The notes: generated by a model from the sequence alone, not told the origin. 64,000 bases of DNA from Nitrospina sp. (GCA_018702695.1 JABIYR010000087.1:4481-68480); one strand, 5' to 3'; counted from the stretch's first letter, positions 24,890-35,188 are shown. Numbers and translations are program-made.

Positions 24890-25918
24890 ATGTTAACAGC
24901 TCAGGCAATCGTTAAACCCAAGCGATTAGAATTTGAAAAGAAAAATAAATCGGCGTATTACGGAAAATTAAGCGCGGGCCCTTTCGAACGCGGTTATGGG
25001 GTTACGATTGGGAACTCGTTGAGAAGGATGTTGTTGTCTTCAATAGAAGGTGCTGCCATTGTGGCGGTGAAATTTGAGGGCATCTTTCATGAGTTTTCCT
25101 CCATCCCAGGGGTGGTTGAAGACGTTACTGAAATCATTCTTAATCTCAAGCAAGTCAATGTTAAATTGACGGGCGATGAGCCTTATAAGCGAATTTACAT
25201 CAAAGCTTCGAGTCCCGGCACCGTTTACGCTCGCGATATCACAGCAGACCCCGATATCGAAGTGTTGAACCCGGATCATCCAATTCTCACCATTGATAAA
25301 AATGGAGAAGTGGATATCGAGATGATTGTTCGTCGAGGCCGAGGCTACGTCCCTGCTGATAAACACAGCATTGAAAATGAGTCTGTACAGATGATACCTG
25401 TTGATTCAAGTTTTTCTCCTGTTGAGAAAATCACCTTTCATGTTGAAAATACTCGCGTCGGACAGTCAACGGATTATGACTCTTTGGTAATGGAGTTGTG
25501 GACCAATGGCGGTATCACTCCTGAAGATGCAGTGGCCCATGCCGCGAAGATTGTTAAAGATCATATGCAGATCTTTATCAACTTTGATGAAGAGCCGGAA
25601 CCTGTACAACCTCAGGTGGATGAGAAAAAACAGAAAATGCTTGGCAATATGGCAAAATGTGTGGAGGAACTCGAACTCTCAGTTCGCTCTTACAATTGTC
25701 TTAAAAATGCCAACATCCAGACCATCGCTGAACTGGTACAAAAAACAGATGGCGAAATGCTCAAGACAAGAAACTTTGGCCGTAAATCGCTGAATGAGAT
25801 TAAAGAAATTTTAGAAGACATGGGGCTTCATTTGGGAATGAAAGTTGATGAGGATGATCTCAAACAAATCAGCCAAGCCCAGAAGAAAAAAGAAATTGAT
25901 ACGGAAGTCGAGCTTTAA
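24890..25918 (+). CDS. rpoA: DNA-directed RNA polymerase subunit alpha
   Basis: 342 aa, [18 protein letters not shown]-terminal domain [22 protein letters not shown]. Confidence 0.98.
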   Translation: MLTAQAIVKPKRLEFEKKNKSAYYGKLSAGPFERGYGVTIGNSLRRMLLSSIEGAAIVAVKFEGIFHEFSSIPGVVEDVTEIILNLKQVNVKLTGDEPYKRIYIKASSPGTVYARDITADPDIEVLNPDHPILTIDKNGEVDIEMIVRRGRGYVPADKHSIENESVQMIPVDSSFSPVEKITFHVENTRVGQSTDYDSLVMELWTNGGITPEDAVAHAAKIVKDHMQIFINFDEEPEPVQPQVDEKKQKMLGNMAKCVEELELSVRSYNCLKNANIQTIAELVQKTDGEMLKTRNFGRKSLNEIKEILEDMGLHLGMKVDEDDLKQISQAQKKKEIDTEVEL

Positions 25919-25962
25919 AGCAGTACGGCTCGGTGAAGTCATAACAGGAGTGATAAAAATCC

Positions 25963-26505
25963 ATGCGGCATTTAAAAGCAGGTAGAAAATTCGGACGGAC
26001 CTCCTCTCATAGGAAAGCATTGTTCAGAAACCTAGTTGGAGCTTTGATCCATAGAGAGCGTATCAGCACCACTTTGGCTAAAGCCAAAGAGTTGCGTGGT
26101 AAAGTTGAAAAAACAATTACGTTGGGAAAACGAGGAACGCTTCACGCCCGCCGTCAAGCTTTCAAATTGGTTCCTGCTAAAGAAGCCGTGCAAAAAGTTT
26201 TTGGACCGCTTGCAGAACGTTATGCCAACCGTCCTGGTGGATACACTCGGATCATTCGTATTGGTCATAGAAAAGGCGATGATGCCCCAATGGCATTTAT
26301 TGAATTGGTCGACCGTGATGGTGAGGAGCAAGCGCCTGCTAAGGGCAAAGCTACATCTGGCAAAGACGCAAAGGTTGCTAAGCCAAAAGTAGCGGAAAAA
26401 AAGAAAGCCGCGCCGAAAGCTAAAGAGGCGAAGGCTCCTGCAGAAAAAAAAGAAGCTGACCCCAAAGAAGCTTCTAAAAAAGACGAAAAAAAAGAAGATA
26501 AGTAA
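25963..26505 (+). CDS. rplQ: 50S ribosomal protein L17 with about 60-aa Lys/Ala/Glu-rich C-terminal tail
   Basis: 180 aa, [24 protein letters not shown]. The canonical fold ends near AFIELVDR, then a low-complexity KAKE tail follows. Confidence 0.97.
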   Translation: MRHLKAGRKFGRTSSHRKALFRNLVGALIHRERISTTLAKAKELRGKVEKTITLGKRGTLHARRQAFKLVPAKEAVQKVFGPLAERYANRPGGYTRIIRIGHRKGDDAPMAFIELVDRDGEEQAPAKGKATSGKDAKVAKPKVAEKKKAAPKAKEAKAPAEKKEADPKEASKKDEKKEDK

Positions 26506-26516
26506 ATCTTTCCTCT

Positions 26517-26550
26517 AGTCCCCCCTGCTACAAACAGTTGGGGGGGACTC
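26517..26550. terminator. G7/C7 stem-loop at the convergent junction of rplQ and the minus-strand gene
   Basis: Perfect 10-bp stem AGTCCCCCCC (26517-26526) / GGGGGGGACT (26541-26550), 14-nt loop. The right arm lies inside the last codons of CDS 26528..26938. No U-tract. Confidence 0.4.
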
Positions 26551-26938
26551 CAGTTAGTTCCTGTTTAAATCTGAAGTTTGTATTCTCCTTGATATAAATC
26601 AAAAGGTCATCGTAGCTTTTAAAGTGTTCGGTGAAACCGTAATCATCGCCGGTGTATTCGCACGACTCAGTGCTGTGTTCGCGACACATATAAGGTCTGT
26701 GTTCGTAGATGGCACACTTGTTATCTGGCAATAAGAAATTGCACCGGTTGTGGATCATGATGTACCAGGCATTTCGATAGATATAAAAGGAGACATTTTC
26801 ATGGGCGATCTTCCACAATAAACTTTCATAGTCGCGCCGGTCTTCGGGTTCATCAATCCCAAACGCGAAATAATTGCAACAGTAAGCCGGAAGGCATTTC
26901 TCGCATTGGCTGGTATCATCTCGTTTGCTCTTTGTCAT
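26528..26938 (-). CDS. YkgJ-family Cys-cluster protein (UPF0153-like, putative Zn/Fe binding)
   Basis: 136 aa, N-terminal CEKCLPAYCC plus later Cys residues (NRCNFLLPDNKCAIYEHRPYMCREH), typical of this family as I recall it. Confidence 0.7.
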   Translation of the reverse strand: MTKSKRDDTSQCEKCLPAYCCNYFAFGIDEPEDRRDYESLLWKIAHENVSFYIYRNAWYIMIHNRCNFLLPDNKCAIYEHRPYMCREHSTESCEYTGDDYGFTEHFKSYDDLLIYIKENTNFRFKQELTGVPPNCL

Positions 26939-27212
26939 GAATGGTTCCTTGCGGGGTTAAGAATAATTGCTGGGGAAATGAATCCGATACTATTAAGATT
27001 CAATCAGCGGCTATTTTGCCTTTCTAGCTTTGAAGAGTCAAATAGAAGTCATCATTGCGTGCGGCTATTGTGCATTAGCATCTATACCTGAGGTTGTAGA
27101 GGGTCACCATTGGGAAAGTTCTCTCGCAGGAGTGGGTGTCGGTTGCTAAAATGTAAGGCCTGATTTATTGTGAGACATTGAACGAAACCGAAATGAATTT
27201 AAGCACCCACTC

Positions 27213-28952
27213 ATGTTGCTGACTGCTACCCATACCATTTTTGCACGTCGTATTTTTCTGGCGACATTATATTTATCCCTAGCGGGTTTGATATATTTTA
27301 ATTCGCTGAGCAATGGGTTTGTGTTTGACGACCGTCACTATATCAGCCAAAACTATTTGATAAAAGTATTGGATGGGCAGGCGTTGTGGGAACTATTTTC
27401 ATCGTTTTATGTTTGGGATTATATTCCCGTGACATTATTCTCTTTGAGTGTTGATTATTGGGCATACGGCTTGAATCCCACAGGCTATCATTTCTCCAAC
27501 ACATTGTTTCATTTTATAAATTCTATTTTAGTCTATCAGTTAGTTCTGAGGATCACCCAATCTGGGCGAGGAGCCTTTTGGGCATCTTTAATTTTTTTAG
27601 TCCACCCGTTACAAGTAGAAAGCGTTGCCTGGATATCAGAGCGCAAAAACCTGCTGTCTTTTTTGTTTTTTGCCTTGTCCTTTTTATCTTATTTGCGAGG
27701 GCGAAGCCGCTTGCTCTCGTTACTGTTTTTTTTGCTGGCGTGTCTGGCAAAAACCTCTGTCGTGATTCTTCCCCTCCTGCTGGTTCTTCACGATATATCG
27801 TTTACTAATAAAAATATCAAAAATATTTTTATGGAAAAAATCCCCTATTTTTTAATTTCTTTGGGGATAGCGGTGCTGGCTTTGTTGTCTCACGCAAACG
27901 GAAATACGATTCGCGACCACCCAGATATGAACCCCATGAATACGGTATTTAGTATGGTGGCGGTTTTTAAGGAATACATAATTAAGATTATGTTCCCCAT
28001 TAATTTGAACATCTGGTATCCCGACCAGGTTTACAAAAGTTTAATGGAGCCACAAGTTCTGATTGCGATTCTGGTGATAGCGGTTTATGTCTGGTTGATC
28101 TGCAGGAGTTATGCAAGCCAGCGCGTTGTGTTTTTCGGCCTGGTCTGGTTTGTCATTGCATTGCTTCCCGTTTCCCATATCATTCCCTTTCCGCAAATGA
28201 TGGCAGATCGTTTTCTTTATGTCCCCATATTAGGGCTTATGATTGCTGTGACGGCCATGATACCTGCTTTAAACAGGAATGCATGTGTGTTGGTGTTTTC
28301 TGTCATTTTAATATTCAGCTTATTAAGCATTACTCGGAACCGGGTTTATCAGGATGATTTGCATTTGTGGCAAGATAGTGTGGAAAAAAATGCTAATAAT
28401 ACACGTTCTGTGATGTTCCTCGGTTTATCTCACTGGGGACAAGGCGACCGAGATCAGGCTCTTAAAATATTACAGCAGGCCCAAATCCTGGAACCTAAAA
28501 ATACCCGAGCCGCTCTCTACTCTGCCGATATCTACACACAACAGGAAGCATGGCAGCAGGCAGAATCCATTTACCAAGAGTTGGTGCAGAAGAATCCGCA
28601 AAACTCAAAATATTATAATCACCTAGCATTATTTTTAGGCAACCGAGGCCAGCTTAAAGAAAGTCTTCGTTTGTTAAATAAGGCCCTTGACCTGGATCCC
28701 GATTATTCTGTGGCGCATTTTAATCGCGGGATTTTTCTGGACAAAATTGGAGACGCAGGAGGTGCCCTGCGAGCTTATCAAAAGGCAGTAGCCCTTGACC
28801 CGAAATCGGCTCATTATCAGTATGTCATGGGAATGTTTTATATGAAACGAACCGACCATCCGGAATTAGGTCGGCAACACCTCAAAAAAAGTCTTCGTCT
28901 TAACCCCGACCAGTCTTCCGCAAAAACGATTGAACAAACTCTCAACCCTTGA
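27213..28952 (+). CDS. GT-C-type membrane glycosyltransferase-like protein with C-terminal TPR domain (TMTC / DUF1736-like)
   Basis: 579 aa. About 10 hydrophobic segments, an early loop motif NGFVFDDRHYISQN, then TPR repeats from about residue 390 (ALKILQQAQILEPKN, ALDLDPDYSVAHFNRG). Confidence 0.7.
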   Translation: MLLTATHTIFARRIFLATLYLSLAGLIYFNSLSNGFVFDDRHYISQNYLIKVLDGQALWELFSSFYVWDYIPVTLFSLSVDYWAYGLNPTGYHFSNTLFHFINSILVYQLVLRITQSGRGAFWASLIFLVHPLQVESVAWISERKNLLSFLFFALSFLSYLRGRSRLLSLLFFLLACLAKTSVVILPLLLVLHDISFTNKNIKNIFMEKIPYFLISLGIAVLALLSHANGNTIRDHPDMNPMNTVFSMVAVFKEYIIKIMFPINLNIWYPDQVYKSLMEPQVLIAILVIAVYVWLICRSYASQRVVFFGLVWFVIALLPVSHIIPFPQMMADRFLYVPILGLMIAVTAMIPALNRNACVLVFSVILIFSLLSITRNRVYQDDLHLWQDSVEKNANNTRSVMFLGLSHWGQGDRDQALKILQQAQILEPKNTRAALYSADIYTQQEAWQQAESIYQELVQKNPQNSKYYNHLALFLGNRGQLKESLRLLNKALDLDPDYSVAHFNRGIFLDKIGDAGGALRAYQKAVALDPKSAHYQYVMGMFYMKRTDHPELGRQHLKKSLRLNPDQSSAKTIEQTLNP

Positions 28953-28999
28953 GAATTTGTTCGCTCATTTGATAAATCTGCTGGTTCAAACTTTGGTTT

Positions 29000-31900
29000 T
29001 CAGGCCAAACGCTCAACTGGTTGTAAACGCTTCAGCCACAGCGCCGTTACGCTGTCACCTTCAGGATCAATGCGACCGCGTATGATATAAGGGCCGTGGT
29101 CATATAAAAGGTGCCCGAATTGTTTATAAACACCCGGAAATAATGTGACCTCAAATGTTGCCGTTGCATCCTCAAGCGTCATGAATTTCATACGTTCATT
29201 TTTTACCGTGCGGGCATGCTTGAATGTGATCGCCCACCCAATCAGAGTTGCCAAACGTCCCGAAAAATTTTCAAGCTGGTTTCCTTGAATGATTGTTTGT
29301 GACAGCTTGTGGTTTTGCAAAGAATAGAGGTTGAGTCTATGCCCTGAGACAGTCAGGTCTAAACACTCCAACTCGGCCAATAAGTTTTCATGCAAGCTGT
29401 CATCTGCGAGTTTTGGGATCTGCAGAGAAACGGGTGCGAAGAGGGCTTGTTTGCAAAGAGACGGGCGGTGATGCAATTTCAATTGCCATAATAGCCCCGC
29501 TTTGTTTACACCTAGGCTGGAAAATGCCCCGCACCGTATCAACGATTCCAACTCGGACAGTGAAACCTCGGAGCGCGCCATAAAATCTGCGAACGAGGTG
29601 TAGGGGTGGTTATTGAGAATGGCATCAAGAGAGATTTTTTTAAGTTTCTTTATTTGCGATAGTCCAACCCGAATGGTTTTGTGGTGAGCGGTAAAAGGTT
29701 CATCGCTGCGGTTGATATCAGGAGGCAGAATCTTAATATTCATTCTTCGGGCTTCCTCTGTGTAAACACAGGCATCGTAGAACCCGCCTCGGTTCGACAA
29801 CACCGCCGCCATAAACTCAGCAGGGTAATGGGCCTTGAGATAAGCGGTTTGAAAGGAGACAATGGCAAACGAGGCACTGTGAGCCTTGCAGAAGGCATAG
29901 CCCGCAAAACTTTCGATTTGTCGCCAGATCTCATCGGCAGATTTTTGAGAGAATCTGTTTTGCATCGCGCCCGAAACGAAGCGTTCCCGATGCGTATTAA
30001 TATCTTGCCAGTCTCTTTTTTTACTCATACATTTTCTTAAACTATCGGCTTCGCCGAGGCTCATGCCGCCGATGGTATGCGCGACTTTGATAACGTCTTC
30101 CTGATAAATCATAATGCCGTAAGTGTCTCGTAAAATTTCATCCATACTTGACGGAGAAGAAACAATGGGTGGCTGAGGCATGGCCTGGTGTTTAGCGCGA
30201 TTGGCAATATGGCGTTCAATGAATGTTTTCATCATGCCACTGTCCGACACGCCGGGGCGGATGATCGAGCTGACAGCCGTCAGCATTTCGAAACTGTCGA
30301 CATTGAGTTTGCGTAGTAGATTGCGCATGCCGGGTGACTCGATATAAAAACAGCCGATGGTTTTTCCAGCCCGAATGAGCCGTTGCGTCTTCGGGTCCTG
30401 TACCGGATCGATTTGGTTGAAGTCAATTTTTAGTCCATAGTTTTTTTCCACATTGTGCAATGTGTCGGCGAGCACAGCCAGCCCTTTTTGTGCCAGTAGA
30501 TCGATTTTAAGAAGCCCCATATCTTCCACGGGGTACATATCGTATTGAGTGACGACAAAACCTTTCTGGGTATGCTGTAGAGGAATGCGATCGACAATAG
30601 GAAAAGGAGAAATCACGATGCCGCCACAATGAATGGAGAGGTGGCTGGGAAACCCCTCGATATGTTTAGCGAGAGAGACCATGGAACGATAAGGTTCATC
30701 TTCCAGCGGCAAATCGCGGCATTCGGGGATGGTGTCGCGCACTGTTTGCAGTTCAGAAAGGCAGACCGAGTGGGGCAGGCGTGAGGTGAAAGCATCAATT
30801 TCAGGGATGGGAATAGCGAGAGCTTTGCCCACTTCGCGTAATGCCGAGCGACCTCGGAAATGTACATGAGCGCAAATCAAGGCGACATTTTCAGAGCCGT
30901 ATTTTTGGAACACATAATTCAGCATCTCGTCACGCCGGTTCCAAGGGAAGTCAATGTCGATGTCGGGGTAGTCGGTGCGCTCCGGATTCAGAAACCGTTC
31001 AAAATAAAGATTCTGAGCAATGGGGTCGACTTCAGTGATACCCAATGCGCGGCATACCAAGCTGTTCGCGGCAGACCCCCGCCCAACGGTGGGAATATTT
31101 CGTGTTTTGGATTCACGCACAATATCCCAGACAATTAAGAAGTAGGAAGAAAAATTTAGGCCATGGATCACCTTTAATTCGTGTCGTAGTTGTTGAAGTG
31201 CGAGGTTCAGGTAACGAGTATTTCGGTAGAGTTCAAGCACACCTTTCCAAGCCAGTTTTTTTAGATAGCCGTGTTGGTTTGTTTTGGAGGCACTAGGCAA
31301 AGAAAAATAAGGAAACAGAGGTTGGCCAGTAGGAAGTTTTACATTACATTGCTCGGCAATTTTTTGGGTGTTGGAAATGGCCGATGGAAACTCATGAAAC
31401 ACGCGAGCCATCATTGCAGGCGATTTCATCCATGCCTCACGAGAAGCCAGTGCAGACTGAGGAACCGAGTATACGGTGGTGTTCATCTTGATGGCTGTCA
31501 GAAGTCGGTGCACTTGCCAACCTTCAGGGTGAATAAAACGCACTGGGTTCGTTGCCACCACTGGGCACAGAGAAGGCATATTGCTGTGAGGAGAAAGACC
31601 CATTTGGTAATAAATATTTTTTGTACCGCGTATTTTGAGTATAGGCTGTAGCATTTCTAAGTTTGAGCAAAGAATGATGAGATGTTCGCTACACTCCTGT
31701 AACCGCAGGGGCAAGGAGAAGTCTGGCTTCAAATGTCGATCGGTGATGACCCTACAGAGCTCTGCAAACCCCTGCATATTTTTAGCCAGCAGAACGGCCC
31801 GGTGGTTTCCAGATACGATTTCTGCACCCAGAATGGGTTTGATTCCTGCCTTGATCGCTGACTGATAGAATGGCACGGCACCATAAAGCCCATTGGTATC

Positions 31901-32104
31901 TGTGAGGGCCAGTGCTGGGTAGCCCAAGGTGGAAGCCTGCCGAACCAACTCGTCAATTCGGCTTGCCCCACCCATCACAGGGCAAGGGATGGTTAGCGAA
32001 TGGTCAGAATTTTTTGAGCGCCGGACAGAGCCATCGCGCGTAAGGCCCAGAACCGTCTCACCGAGAAAGGAATAATTGCTGTGACAATTTAAATGAACAA
32101 ACAT
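29000..32104 (-). CDS. dnaE2: DNA polymerase III alpha-subunit family, short DnaE2 (ImuC)-like architecture
   Basis: ORF 29000..32152. The likely start is ATG 32104 (MFVHLNCHSNYSFL). It has a PHP domain, a polymerase core, and ends right after an OB fold (MKFMTLEDATATFEVTLFP). The SFL..GAS and LLWQL motifs resemble DnaE2. Family confidence is high; the subtype is uncertain. Confidence 0.75.
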   Translation of the reverse strand: MFVHLNCHSNYSFLGETVLGLTRDGSVRRSKNSDHSLTIPCPVMGGASRIDELVRQASTLGYPALALTDTNGLYGAVPFYQSAIKAGIKPILGAEIVSGNHRAVLLAKNMQGFAELCRVITDRHLKPDFSLPLRLQECSEHLIILCSNLEMLQPILKIRGTKNIYYQMGLSPHSNMPSLCPVVATNPVRFIHPEGWQVHRLLTAIKMNTTVYSVPQSALASREAWMKSPAMMARVFHEFPSAISNTQKIAEQCNVKLPTGQPLFPYFSLPSASKTNQHGYLKKLAWKGVLELYRNTRYLNLALQQLRHELKVIHGLNFSSYFLIVWDIVRESKTRNIPTVGRGSAANSLVCRALGITEVDPIAQNLYFERFLNPERTDYPDIDIDFPWNRRDEMLNYVFQKYGSENVALICAHVHFRGRSALREVGKALAIPIPEIDAFTSRLPHSVCLSELQTVRDTIPECRDLPLEDEPYRSMVSLAKHIEGFPSHLSIHCGGIVISPFPIVDRIPLQHTQKGFVVTQYDMYPVEDMGLLKIDLLAQKGLAVLADTLHNVEKNYGLKIDFNQIDPVQDPKTQRLIRAGKTIGCFYIESPGMRNLLRKLNVDSFEMLTAVSSIIRPGVSDSGMMKTFIERHIANRAKHQAMPQPPIVSSPSSMDEILRDTYGIMIYQEDVIKVAHTIGGMSLGEADSLRKCMSKKRDWQDINTHRERFVSGAMQNRFSQKSADEIWRQIESFAGYAFCKAHSASFAIVSFQTAYLKAHYPAEFMAAVLSNRGGFYDACVYTEEARRMNIKILPPDINRSDEPFTAHHKTIRVGLSQIKKLKKISLDAILNNHPYTSFADFMARSEVSLSELESLIRCGAFSSLGVNKAGLLWQLKLHHRPSLCKQALFAPVSLQIPKLADDSLHENLLAELECLDLTVSGHRLNLYSLQNHKLSQTIIQGNQLENFSGRLATLIGWAITFKHARTVKNERMKFMTLEDATATFEVTLFPGVYKQFGHLLYDHGPYIIRGRIDPEGDSVTALWLKRLQPVERLA

Positions 32105-32299
32105 AGGGGCAAATAAAAAGCGAAAATAAGGAATGAGAAAAACCCAATTCACGGATTTTTTTAGGATCGCTCATGCTACCGCGATTAAATTGGTCCTGTC
32201 AACCTGCCTCGGATGATATTTCAAAAGCGTTTGAATGCCCGCTTGTTAGGTCAAAGAAGGAGGTTTTATGCAAATAAATATATGGGTGAATAAAATGAG

Positions 32300-32328
32300 T
32301 TGACAAAAAGAAAATAACTGGTTAGAGT
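32300..32328 (+). promoter_or_regulatory. Sigma70-like promoter upstream of rho
   Basis: TTGACA (32300-32305), 17-nt spacer, TAGAGT (32323-32328). This leaves a leader of about 220 nt before the rho ATG. Confidence 0.4.
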
Positions 32329-32551
32329 GTTCTAGCTTCAATAGCTCCCAAACAAAAATCCCTAATAAAATCAATCAATTATCCAGCAATTTTTTCGTGC
32401 ATTCGCTGTCAACCTTATAGAACAAACTCAAAATACATAAAATTTACTATTCTCGATTTTTCCCGCTCTTGAACTTGGCTCCATTGCAAGAACGTGATGA
32501 TTTATAGAGAGCAAACATTCCTAACCCCTACCTCTAAAGAAGCTACAAAAC

Positions 32552-33811
32552 ATGACCCAAATGAATATAGAAGAACTTAAGGCTAAAACGATATCCGAGC
32601 TTACTAATATTGCCAAGGAATTGAAGATCCAAGGTCACAGTGGGCTGAGAAAGCAGGACCTGATTTTCAGAATCCTCGAAGCTAAGACCGAAAAAGATGG
32701 TCTGATGTTTGGCCAAGGAGTGTTAGAAATTCTCCCTGACGGATTTGGTTTCTTGCGAGCGCCGACCTACAATTATCTTCCCGGCCCCGATGATATTTAT
32801 GTGTCGCCCTCTCAGATTCGTAAGTTTGACATGCGTACTGGCGATACCATTTCGGGCCAGATTCGTCCACCCAAAGACAGTGAGCGTTATTTTGCTCTGC
32901 TGAAGGTGGAAGCGATCAACTTTGAGAACCCGGAAAAAACCAAAGACAAAATTTTATTCGACAACCTGACACCTCTATATCCAGAAGAGCGTCTCCGATT
33001 GGAGACACCGGGTGGTAAAGATTATTGTGCGCGAGTGATGGACTTGATGACCCCTATCGGAAAAGGTCAGCGTGGACTGATCGTGGCACCGCCGAGAACC
33101 GGTAAGACCATGTTGTTGCAATCCATCGCTAACAGCATCAGCACGAATTATCCGGAAGTGGCTTTGATTGTTTTGCTCATTGATGAGCGTCCTGAAGAAG
33201 TGACCGATATGGAACGATCTGTTCGCGGTGAAGTCATCAGCTCAACCTTCGACGAGCCCGCGCAAAGACATGTGCAGGTTGCGGAAATGGTGATCGAAAA
33301 AGCCAAGCGTTTAGTGGAACATAAACGCGATGTGGTGATTCTTTTGGACAGCATCACGCGTCTGGCCAGAGCTTATAATGCAATCGTACCTCCTAGTGGT
33401 AAGGTTTTGTCGGGTGGTGTCGATTCGAATGCTCTGCAAAGACCCAAACGATTTTTTGGTGCGGCTAGAAATTTGGAAGAAGGGGGTAGCTTGACCATTC
33501 TTGCTACGGCGCTCATCGATACGGGAAGCCGCATGGACGATGTTATTTTTGAAGAATTTAAAGGAACGGGTAACTTGGAAGTTGTTCTCGACCGTAAATT
33601 GGCAGAGAAGAGAACCTTCCCCTCTATCGATATCAACAAGTCGGGTACGCGTAAGGAAGAGCTATTGCTCCCAGAAGAAGACCTTCAGCGCGTGTGGCTA
33701 TTGAGAAAAGTTTTGCTCCCTATGGGCATCCATGATACGATGGACCTCCTATTACAAAAAATTAAAGAAACGAATACCAACGCCGAATTTTTAGCGGCAA
33801 TGAACTCTTAA
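32552..33811 (+). CDS. rho: Transcription termination factor Rho
   Basis: 419 aa, [20 protein letters not shown] (Walker A), [20 protein letters not shown]. Confidence 0.98.
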   Translation: MTQMNIEELKAKTISELTNIAKELKIQGHSGLRKQDLIFRILEAKTEKDGLMFGQGVLEILPDGFGFLRAPTYNYLPGPDDIYVSPSQIRKFDMRTGDTISGQIRPPKDSERYFALLKVEAINFENPEKTKDKILFDNLTPLYPEERLRLETPGGKDYCARVMDLMTPIGKGQRGLIVAPPRTGKTMLLQSIANSISTNYPEVALIVLLIDERPEEVTDMERSVRGEVISSTFDEPAQRHVQVAEMVIEKAKRLVEHKRDVVILLDSITRLARAYNAIVPPSGKVLSGGVDSNALQRPKRFFGAARNLEEGGSLTILATALIDTGSRMDDVIFEEFKGTGNLEVVLDRKLAEKRTFPSIDINKSGTRKEELLLPEEDLQRVWLLRKVLLPMGIHDTMDLLLQKIKETNTNAEFLAAMNS

Positions 33812-33821
33812 TGGTGACCCA

Positions 33822-34058
33822 ATGAAAGAAGGACTGCATCCTGAATACTATGAAACAACGGTACGTTGCGCGTGCGGAAGCGAAGTGCAAACCCATACAA
33901 CCCTGAAAGATCTTCATGTAGAGATCTGCTCTCAATGTCATCCGTTTTTTACGGGTAAGCAGAAACTCATGGATACTGCAGGTCGTATCGAAAAATTCAA
34001 GCGCAAATATGCCAAAGCAATGCCTGCGAGTACACCCGAAGCAAGCGGCCCTCAATAA
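33822..34058 (+). CDS. rpmE: 50S ribosomal protein L31 (zinc-binding type A)
   Basis: 78 aa, [34 protein letters not shown]. Confidence 0.97.
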   Translation: MKEGLHPEYYETTVRCACGSEVQTHTTLKDLHVEICSQCHPFFTGKQKLMDTAGRIEKFKRKYAKAMPASTPEASGPQ

Positions 34059-34081
34059 GCGCGTTCACCCTCTTTTTTCTT

Positions 34082-34103
34082 GCCCTGGATCCTCCAGGGC
34101 TTT
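34082..34103 (+). terminator. Stem-loop terminator after rpmE
   Basis: GCCCTGGA (34082-34089) / TCCAGGGC (34093-34100), 3-nt loop, followed by TTT. Confidence 0.45.
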
Positions 34104-34122
34104 ATAAGAAACCAAACCATCC

Positions 34123-35187
34123 ATGTTTGATAAGCTGAAATCGGTTGAGAAGCGTTATGACGACCTCAACCAATTTCTTAGCGATCCTAAGATAATTTCT
34201 CAGCAGTCCGAGTTCAAAAAATATGCGCGCGAGCAGTCTGAGTTGGCTCCTGTCGTTAGCCGGTTTCATGACCTGCAGAAAATCACCCAGCAATTAGAAG
34301 AGAATAAAAAAATCCTGCTTGAGGAAACCGATCCCGACTTGGTCGAAATGACCGAGGAAGATATTGTTGATCTGCAAGCTAAGGCAGAGAAAGCTGAAAC
34401 GGATTTAAAACTGCTCTTAATTCCTAACGACCCTCGCGATGAACGAAATGTTATCGTAGAGATTCGCGCTGGTACCGGTGGCGAAGAGGCCGCCCTTTTT
34501 TCGACAGACCTGTTTCGTATGTATTCGCGGTATGCGGAAGAGAAAAAATGGAAAATGGAAATTTTGAGTTCTAACCTGACAGGCAAGGGTGGCTTCAAGG
34601 AAGTCATTTTTAATATTTCAGGCAAAAAGGTTTATAGCAAACTGAAATATGAAGGCGGTACACATCGTGTGCAACGGGTTCCAGATACAGAAAGTCAGGG
34701 GCGCATTCACACGTCTGCTGTAACCGTTGCGGTGATGCCGGAGGTGGAGGATGTGGATATTAAAATCAACCCGGCAGATGTTAAGATAGATGTTTACCGC
34801 TCTTCCGGCCCAGGTGGGCAGAGTGTTAACACCACCGATTCAGCGGTTCGCTTGACTTATGTTCCGACCGGGATGATTGTGACTTGTCAGGATGAAAAAT
34901 CGCAACATAAGAACCGGGAAAAAGCCATGAAAGTTTTAAGAGCTCGGTTGTATGATGCGGAACAACAAAAACAGCATGATTCGATGGCCAGTGAACGCAA
35001 GCAACAGGTTGGCTCCGGAGATCGTAGCGGTCGCATTCGCACCTATAACTACCCGCAAGAGAGAATCACAGACCACCGGATTGGCTTAACCCTGCATAAA
35101 CTATCTTTTGTGATGGAAGGGGATCTCGATGAGATCATCGATGCTCTAACGCTTCATTTCCAGACCCAAGCTCTGAAAGGGGAATAG
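34123..35187 (+). CDS. prfA: Peptide chain release factor 1
   Basis: 354 aa, [34 protein letters not shown] (GGQ). Confidence 0.98.
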   Translation: MFDKLKSVEKRYDDLNQFLSDPKIISQQSEFKKYAREQSELAPVVSRFHDLQKITQQLEENKKILLEETDPDLVEMTEEDIVDLQAKAEKAETDLKLLLIPNDPRDERNVIVEIRAGTGGEEAALFSTDLFRMYSRYAEEKKWKMEILSSNLTGKGGFKEVIFNISGKKVYSKLKYEGGTHRVQRVPDTESQGRIHTSAVTVAVMPEVEDVDIKINPADVKIDVYRSSGPGGQSVNTTDSAVRLTYVPTGMIVTCQDEKSQHKNREKAMKVLRARLYDAEQQKQHDSMASERKQQVGSGDRSGRIRTYNYPQERITDHRIGLTLHKLSFVMEGDLDEIIDALTLHFQTQALKGE

Positions 35188-35188
35188 G

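Noticed and set aside
31962-31986. 7-bp inverted repeat (CTTGCCC / GGGCAAG) at one edge of the DnaE2 PHP insertion, considered as a footprint of a small mobile insertion.
   Set aside because: There is no matching repeat at the other edge of the insertion and no target-site duplication. A short stem like this is expected by chance.
32268-32303. 11-codon ORF (MQINIWVNKMS) with a perfect AAGGAGG SD upstream of rho, considered as a leader peptide.
   Set aside because: It lies upstream of, and its stop overlaps, the best -35 element (TTGACA), so it is probably not on the rho transcript. It is too short to assess. It is kept only as a note.
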